Virus record (IMG/VR): IMGVR_UViG_3300010354_000081
Span: 1,465 to 65,464 of that record
Length of the DNA: 64,000 bases
DNA from: a virus
Lineage: Duplodnaviria; Caudoviricetes
Direction: 5' to 3' (one strand)
The notes below the pieces were generated by a model, which was not told the origin of the DNA, did no database searches, and worked only from the letters and a program-made list of their open reading frames with translations. This document shows positions 59,061 through 64,000 of the stretch, piece by piece (position 1 is the stretch's first letter; each line of letters opens with the position of its first letter). A program made the position numbers and the translations under genes.

Positions 59061-59293
59061 TATCTAAATCTCGCAGTCTTTTGTGCTATGCCCTTGGGCT
59101 GTTTAACAAACTGTTTGCCTTTCGCCTTACCTGCCCGCTTTGCCCTCGTTGTAGCAGCATACTCGGCTGGGCTTAATGCTTTGATCGCCTTCTCCGGCAG
59201 GTACCGCTCGCCCGTCTTTGACGACGGCTTGCCGCTCTTGGTGCGCCACTTCTGGTCACCCCAGTTTTTGAGCGACTGTTGCGGGGCTTTCAT
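59060..59293 (-). CDS. Small basic conserved protein
   Basis: QKWRTKSGKPS..TGERYLP. Confidence 0.75.
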   Translation of the reverse strand: MKAPQQSLKNWGDQKWRTKSGKPSSKTGERYLPEKAIKALSPAEYAATTRAKRAGKAKGKQFVKQPKGIAQKTARFR

Positions 59294-59559
59294 TTCATCT
59301 TCTTCAACGTCTGTGCCAGTCGTGCTCTTTGACCCATCTTGCCCGGAGCTTTAGCTGCCGCTGCAAGCTTCTTGGCTGGGATAGGTTTGTCGCCTTTAAC
59401 ACCTAGCGATTTACGCAACGCGCCGGGTTTCTTAATAGCGCCTTGAATCCACTTGTTTGTGGAGCCGCCCTTCTTCATGCCCTCAACCCCACGGCCTTTC
59501 AGCACGTCGGCCTGTGTCACTTTGCCATCACCGGTCAGATCAGGAAATTTACTAGCCAT
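59290..59559 (-). CDS. Small basic protein with EF-hand-like loop
   Basis: DLTGDGKVTQAD, MKKGG, WIQ.AIKKPGAL. Confidence 0.75.
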   Translation of the reverse strand: MASKFPDLTGDGKVTQADVLKGRGVEGMKKGGSTNKWIQGAIKKPGALRKSLGVKGDKPIPAKKLAAAAKAPGKMGQRARLAQTLKKMK

Positions 59560-59560
59560 C

Positions 59561-59974
59561 TCACACCATCCTTCCGCGAGTCTTACCACGCTTGGCAATG
59601 CCATCCGCACGGGCTGAGGCTGACTTCACTTTGCCGCCTTTTTTCATACCGCGAGCTTCACGACGTTCTTCGGATGCTGCTTCACGAGCGGCTTTTCTAG
59701 CCTCAACCATAGCCTCGGCGCTTATTTGCCCCCGAGTCTTAGATGGACTACCGTCTTTCCACGTCCCCGTCTCAGCATGCTCTTTTGCCGCCTTATCTGC
59801 TGCTTGCATTGCACCTTTGCTTAGCGATGTACCGTAATCATCTTCGCCGGTCAAAACGTCCTTAAGCTTACGTGGAAGATTTTTTTCTTCGGCATACAGC
59901 CCCAGCATGGACTTATCTTTTAAGCTTTCTTCTTTCCGAGTGCGTTTTGCACCGGGGGATTCTTTGTCAGCCAC
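59561..59974 (-). CDS. Small basic protein
   Basis: GTG start with GGAGG; MKKGG..SASARADGIAKRGKTRG. Confidence 0.7.
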   Translation of the reverse strand: MADKESPGAKRTRKEESLKDKSMLGLYAEEKNLPRKLKDVLTGEDDYGTSLSKGAMQAADKAAKEHAETGTWKDGSPSKTRGQISAEAMVEARKAAREAASEERREARGMKKGGKVKSASARADGIAKRGKTRGRMV

Positions 59975-60251
59975 GATAGCCTCCGCCCTTTTCCTTGTAC
60001 CGCTTTGCGAGTAGCTGTGCTTTTCTCGCGCTCCATTTTCCTGCGCCGGTGCCTTGTACCGCAGACGCCTTGATGCTCTCAAACAGCGACTTCCTCATAC
60101 CCGGCTTGGTGTAATTGCCCGCCTCGTTGACCTTGGAGACTTTGCCGCCCTTCTTGTACTGCGTGAAGTCGGTGCCATCCCGGCGAGGTTTTTTCTTCGC
60201 CTTGGGCATCTTGGAAGGGCTGATTGCACCCATGCCGCGTGAGGCCATCAT
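59967..60251 (-). CDS. Small basic protein
   Basis: YKKGG, NYTKPGMRK, WSARKAQ. Confidence 0.75.
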   Translation of the reverse strand: MMASRGMGAISPSKMPKAKKKPRRDGTDFTQYKKGGKVSKVNEAGNYTKPGMRKSLFESIKASAVQGTGAGKWSARKAQLLAKRYKEKGGGYRG

Positions 60252-60472
60252 ATGATTTTGCCTCTGGTCTTACCGCGAATAGCGCACCCATCGGCGCGGG
60301 CTGAGGCGCTACCACCTTTCGCCATCTTCTTTACGGGTTTAGGCATCGGCAATGGCTTAGCACCTTTTACCGAACCCATATCCGGGTCTACCGGAGGCGT
60401 ACCCGTTTCAGCCGTAAAAATCTCTGCTTCGCCTGTATCACCTTTGGGGCGACGGTTATCTTGCTTAGCCAT
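60248..60472 (-). CDS. Small basic protein
   Basis: MAKGGSASARADGCAIRGKTRG. Confidence 0.75.
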   Translation of the reverse strand: MAKQDNRRPKGDTGEAEIFTAETGTPPVDPDMGSVKGAKPLPMPKPVKKMAKGGSASARADGCAIRGKTRGKII

Positions 60473-60484
60473 TGCAATCCCCTA

Positions 60485-60871
60485 TCAGCAGGCTTTGCCG
60501 CCGTAACGCATCTTAGTCATGCCGCCTTTTTTCATGCCGGTCGAACCTGCCATCTTGACTTGCATGCCCTTGGTTTTGCCTTTAGTAGCAATACCATCAG
60601 CCGCTTTGTGACCAGCAGCCAGACCGCCCGAGGCCATCTTCTTCATGCCAGCTTCTTTCATCTCATGCTTGATCATGGACTTAGGAGCGCCTTTCTTCTT
60701 CATGAACGACACTTCCTTTTTCATCATTGCTTTTGACTCTTTCATTTCGCCTCCTCCGGCTTTGGTGAATTCGCGTCCTACGCTCATCGGCACGCCAACC
60801 TTCTTGGCAAAAGACGGACTGTGAGCGACAGCCCGCATAAACTTCTCTTGTTTTTCACTCTTAGCTGGCAT
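60485..60871 (-). CDS. Small Lys/Met-rich protein
   Basis: MASGG, MKKGG, MRYGG, ADGIATKGKTKG. Confidence 0.75.
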   Translation of the reverse strand: MPAKSEKQEKFMRAVAHSPSFAKKVGVPMSVGREFTKAGGGEMKESKAMMKKEVSFMKKKGAPKSMIKHEMKEAGMKKMASGGLAAGHKAADGIATKGKTKGMQVKMAGSTGMKKGGMTKMRYGGKAC

Positions 60872-60872
60872 A

Positions 60873-61061
60873 TCAAACCTTTATGACCCAACCTTTGCCA
60901 GCAAAAAAGCCGACTGCCAAAAGGCCAACGCCGATCAAAAACTTCTCAACGACGGTCTTTCCGACTTTCTTGTAGAACTCGGAAGACATCTCTTCAATGG
61001 CGATCTTTGCCGCTTCTTTGGCAATAGCCCGCTCACGTTCAGTTAATTCAATATCAGCCAT
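60873..61061 (-). CDS. Small protein with C-terminal TM
   Basis: 62 aa, hydrophobic C-terminus. Confidence 0.7.
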   Translation of the reverse strand: MADIELTERERAIAKEAAKIAIEEMSSEFYKKVGKTVVEKFLIGVGLLAVGFFAGKGWVIKV

Positions 61062-61062
61062 G

Positions 61063-61308
61063 TCAGCACTTCCAAGCTCTAAGTGATTTGTTAATACGGC
61101 TATTCGGATCGTTCGCGGTTTTGGCGCTTGTCAGTTTCTTTTTCATACCTGACATACGAGCGCAGAACGACTTCTTCCTTGCGCCGCCTTCCGGCTGGGG
61201 AGGTTTCAAGTTCATACCTTGCGCTTTCGCTGAGGCGCGTCCCTTGGCGTTCAATCCACCTTTGGGATTCTTTCCCTCTTTCCTCTGCCATGCCGGAGAC
61301 TTAGCCAT
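61063..61308 (-). CDS. Small basic conserved protein
   Basis: AWQRKEGKNPKGGLN, SFCARM, SLRAWKC. Confidence 0.75.
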   Translation of the reverse strand: MAKSPAWQRKEGKNPKGGLNAKGRASAKAQGMNLKPPQPEGGARKKSFCARMSGMKKKLTSAKTANDPNSRINKSLRAWKC

Positions 61309-61789
61309 AATAGACCGTCGCAGTAATGCTGTTTTCTAAATAAACCCGAACGCCATTAGGTGCAAGAATACCTTCGCCCGGAATGATATTAAACACATCG
61401 TTTGATGCTGAGACAGTACTCATTACCAGCACGTTGTTGTAGACAGTTGCCACACCAGAAGCATCTCCAGCATCTGCCACAGCCACCGTGAAAGTATTTG
61501 CATTCACGACATTTACGACTTTATAGAAATCGTCTGTCGGATTTGTCCCGCCTGACCAGTCAATAAACGCCCATTCACCGGCGATCAGTCCGTGATCTGG
61601 GGCTGTGACGGTAGCAGTAGTGGTAGAACGTGCGTACGTGCCAGCAATTGACGAGTTGTCGTACAACCCAACTAGGCCAGAAGTCGTAGTTGCCACACCA
61701 AAAAACACCGCTTTTACACGGGTTCGGAATGGAATCATTAAGCCAGACGTGTTCGCATATTGCGACCTTACGTCAGTTTGCATCCCCAT
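61301..61789 (-). CDS. Virion structural protein
   Basis: MQTDV...IPGEGIL...TVYYG, beta-rich. Confidence 0.7.
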   Translation of the reverse strand: MGMQTDVRSQYANTSGLMIPFRTRVKAVFFGVATTTSGLVGLYDNSSIAGTYARSTTTATVTAPDHGLIAGEWAFIDWSGGTNPTDDFYKVVNVVNANTFTVAVADAGDASGVATVYNNVLVMSTVSASNDVFNIIPGEGILAPNGVRVYLENSITATVYYG

Positions 61790-61946
61790 TTAGATTCTCC
61801 GTTTCTTCAGGCGCATCTAAGCGATTAATCAGCATTTGATACGCTGTTATCGTGGCTTGGGCTTGAATTAAAAAGGTTTGAGCCTTGTTTGCTTCTTGCT
61901 CCAAGTCACGAATCTCAGATTCCAAAAACTCCTTGGTTATCTGCAT
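61773..61946 (-). CDS. Small coiled-coil protein (not in the ORF track)
   Basis: MQITKEFLESEIRDLEQEANKAQ..., 57 aa, TAATG coupling. Confidence 0.65.
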   Translation of the reverse strand: MQITKEFLESEIRDLEQEANKAQTFLIQAQATITAYQMLINRLDAPEETENLNGDAN

Positions 61947-62542
61947 TAGGCAATGCTGGTGCCAACGGTGATGTAATGGGGAACACCGCCAACTAGGATT
62001 TTGATCCCTTTAGCAGTTCCACCAACAGTGCCGGTAGCAACAATAGTTGCGGCAGGGCCAGACTCGATGTTTAGAAGATTCTGAACTTCACCGGTCTGCG
62101 AACCGCTGTCGGTAACACGAATAAACGAAGAAGCTGAGCCAAGAGTTACGTTGGAGCTATAGTCGGTATCCAGTTGTAGAACAGCCAGTGTGCCGCCGGG
62201 GGTTGTTGCTGTACCGCCTAGTGTTGCACGAATTGCATTAGCCGCACCAGAGATTGTGCCACCCGTGTTAATCGAAGTGGAGATGTGTGCGCCGTTGATC
62301 GTGCCGCCAGTTGCACCGTTTGCACCCGTTACACGCGTTAAGAATCGTGCGGTTTCGCCAGAGCCGGTTGAAGTAAATGTCAGACGCTGATAGGTCAGAC
62401 GTACATCACCAGTTGTATTGGACGCGGTTGCGTAGGAGGAAGATACGTTTCCAGCAGTAGTTACTGCAATTGGATCGGTAGAAGTGCCGGACTCAAAGCC
62501 ATTATTCGATCTGACTGGTCCCGAAAATGTCGTGCGACTCAT
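61946..62542 (-). CDS. Virion protein (head fibre/decoration-like)
   Basis: MSRTTFSGPVRS.NGF N-terminus, Thr/Gly-rich, GAGGTG RBS. Confidence 0.7.
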   Translation of the reverse strand: MSRTTFSGPVRSNNGFESGTSTDPIAVTTAGNVSSSYATASNTTGDVRLTYQRLTFTSTGSGETARFLTRVTGANGATGGTINGAHISTSINTGGTISGAANAIRATLGGTATTPGGTLAVLQLDTDYSSNVTLGSASSFIRVTDSGSQTGEVQNLLNIESGPAATIVATGTVGGTAKGIKILVGGVPHYITVGTSIA

Positions 62543-62549
62543 TGAAATC

Positions 62550-62630
62550 ACCTCTCATGCGAGTTAGGCACGTTTGTCTGCATGACGTCTAGCCGGGACT
62601 AGTCAAACGCACCGGGGACCCCGGAATGGC
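62550..62630 (-). ncRNA. Candidate Mu-gpT-DE-like structured RNA
   Basis: Stems GGTGCGTTTG/CAAACGTGCC and CTAG/CTAG, pseudoknot TCATGC/GCATGA; downstream of a Mu gpT-type capsid gene. Confidence 0.55.
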
Positions 62631-62636
62631 CTCTTT

Positions 62637-63221
62637 TTACTCTTGATTTTGGGGGGTGTCAAGGAGCTTATTTGACTTCTTCAAGTTCTCTTCTTGCGTT
62701 ATTACACGAAGGTTCCAAGGCACGTGGAGACCGCAGACTTCATCCGAGATTAGAGGCACGATGTGATCGACAACATATCGCTCACCCGTCAATTTAGTTA
62801 ACTCCATAGCCCGAAGGTATAGTTGTCGTATGGTTAACTTATGCTCTTGGGTAATCCATTTTGGGGTGGCGTTGCGATGGCGGCGTTTGCGTACGCTAAC
62901 AAGAGCTTTATATAGTTCTGGATTGGCTTGCTTATATTTGTATTTGTACCGCAACGCTTCTTGTTTGGGGCGGGCATTTGCACGAGCTTTAACTGCGTCT
63001 TTATTTTTCTCGTAATACCGTCTACCTGCCGCCTTAGCCGCTTCTGACTTAGGTTTCTGACTTCGCTTTACATTGTCAAGCGCCCAGTCTTCCTTCATGC
63101 ACTCAACACAAGCCCCTTTGGTTTTTCGCAGGGCTATGTGTCCCCGTGTGCATGGTTTGCCTGTGTAGTAGTACTTGGCACCGGTGGCTTTGGCGGTAGC
63201 GCGGTCTGCTGGGTAGTCCAT
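62637..63221 (-). CDS. HNH endonuclease (free-standing, probably mobile)
   Basis: YYTGKPC.RGH...CVEC; VDHIVPL...CGLHVPWNL...N..KSN. Confidence 0.9.
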   Translation of the reverse strand: MDYPADRATAKATGAKYYYTGKPCTRGHIALRKTKGACVECMKEDWALDNVKRSQKPKSEAAKAAGRRYYEKNKDAVKARANARPKQEALRYKYKYKQANPELYKALVSVRKRRHRNATPKWITQEHKLTIRQLYLRAMELTKLTGERYVVDHIVPLISDEVCGLHVPWNLRVITQEENLKKSNKLLDTPQNQE

Positions 63222-63267
63222 ATTATCCTCCTGTCATTTGACACGAGTAATAATACATGTAGCGCAG

Positions 63268-63297
63268 AAAAAGAACAAGGGGGCCGAAGCCCCCTTG
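63268..63297 (-). terminator. Rho-independent terminator after the capsid gene
   Basis: CAAGGGGGC-TTCG-GCCCCCTTG followed by TTCTTTTT. Confidence 0.9.
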
Positions 63298-63320
63298 CAA
63301 ACCCTTGATTTATAAGGATT

Positions 63321-64000
63321 TTAGCCCTGCGAGCCGTACATTCCGAGCGGGTCACTCCACCCAAAGCTGTAGCGCTCACGAGACTTGTAACGAACGTTCC
63401 CTGTATCGAAATCCCCGTCCATTGAGTTCTGTAGAGGAACACGGACAAAGTGCTTCATACCGTTCGGTACGTCAGTCGTCAGGAACCACGCATTAGTGTC
63501 AGTCAAGAAGTGGTTAATGGTGTAACCCTCTGGGATCGAACCATTATTCTTGAGTGCGTTAATGTCGTTGTCTGCGGTACCGACGCGGAGTTCGGTTTCC
63601 AACAGACGGGTCGCAACGAACTGAAGTGCCGGGGGCACGATCAGTTTCTTCGGCTTAGCGGCGATCAGCAGACCACGTTCGTCCGTCCAAGCAGCGATTT
63701 GAATCACTGCGTTCTCAAGCGAAGTTTCGTTGAGATCGGTTGGAGTAGTTGGGATGTTGCTGTTGGTGCCACCAGACACCAGCGGGTGTGCGTTCGAGAA
63801 CAGAGCGACGCCATCACCGCCCGGATAGGACGACGAGAAGCCGTTGTTCAGAACCGCAGCAGCCTTTACCTGCTTGGTGTAAGCCATAGCACGAGCCAGC
63901 GCCTTGGTATAACGAGCCGACAGGCTGTCATACAGGTTATCTTCGATGGCCTCTTCGGTCAGCGAGAAACCCAGAGCGATGGTTTCGTGGTTGTATCGAG
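63321..64000 (-). CDS. Major capsid protein, Mu gpT-like (3' part)
   Basis: DERGL.I..KP.KLIVPP.L, NHFLTD..AWF, DFDTGNVRYK.RERYSFGWSDP. Confidence 0.92.
   Translation of the reverse strand, partial: RYNHETIALGFSLTEEAIEDNLYDSLSARYTKALARAMAYTKQVKAAAVLNNGFSSSYPGGDGVALFSNAHPLVSGGTNSNIPTTPTDLNETSLENAVIQIAAWTDERGLLIAAKPKKLIVPPALQFVATRLLETELRVGTADNDINALKNNGSIPEGYTINHFLTDTNAWFLTTDVPNGMKHFVRVPLQNSMDGDFDTGNVRYKSRERYSFGWSDPLGMYGSQG

Noticed and set aside
1-64000. tRNA, rRNA, integrase/att site or host flanking DNA
   Set aside because: None recognised by eye; the window is filled by phage genes. A tRNAscan/HMM run would be needed to exclude them formally

Overview
The window is essentially one complete, circularly permuted ~63.7 kb tailed-phage genome of a Gram-negative host. 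Positions 1-340 repeat 63661-64000 with about 24 substitutions and split a Mu-gpT-type major capsid gene. The + strand arm (8.3-28.9 kb) holds early and replication genes: AAA ATPase/vWA-peptidase module, many HTH proteins, family A DNA polymerase, SNF2 helicase, SSB and primase-DUF927 helicase. The - strand arm holds terminase, P22-type portal, GroES, capsid, podovirus-like tail and ejection proteins, lysis genes and a 2159-aa polyvalent protein. I recognised no integrase, tRNA or CRISPR array. Most striking non-coding signals: (i) a predicted ~66-nt sRNA (28834-28899) whose 5' end is complementary to an (A)AGGAGAGTGC motif shared by the ribosome-binding sites of several early/replication genes; (ii) about 12 copies of a TTAAC-N4-GTTAA palindrome confined to the early region; (iii) a symmetric TGTTCC/GGAACA iteron array resembling an origin; (iv) a pseudoknot-like leader on the primase. 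Protein-level oddities: a shared [M/F/Y]xxGG motif in virion-region proteins, a duplicated leader peptide on two ejection-region proteins, and a four-propeller Kelch-like array next to a glycosyltransferase. All family assignments are by motif recognition, not database searches.
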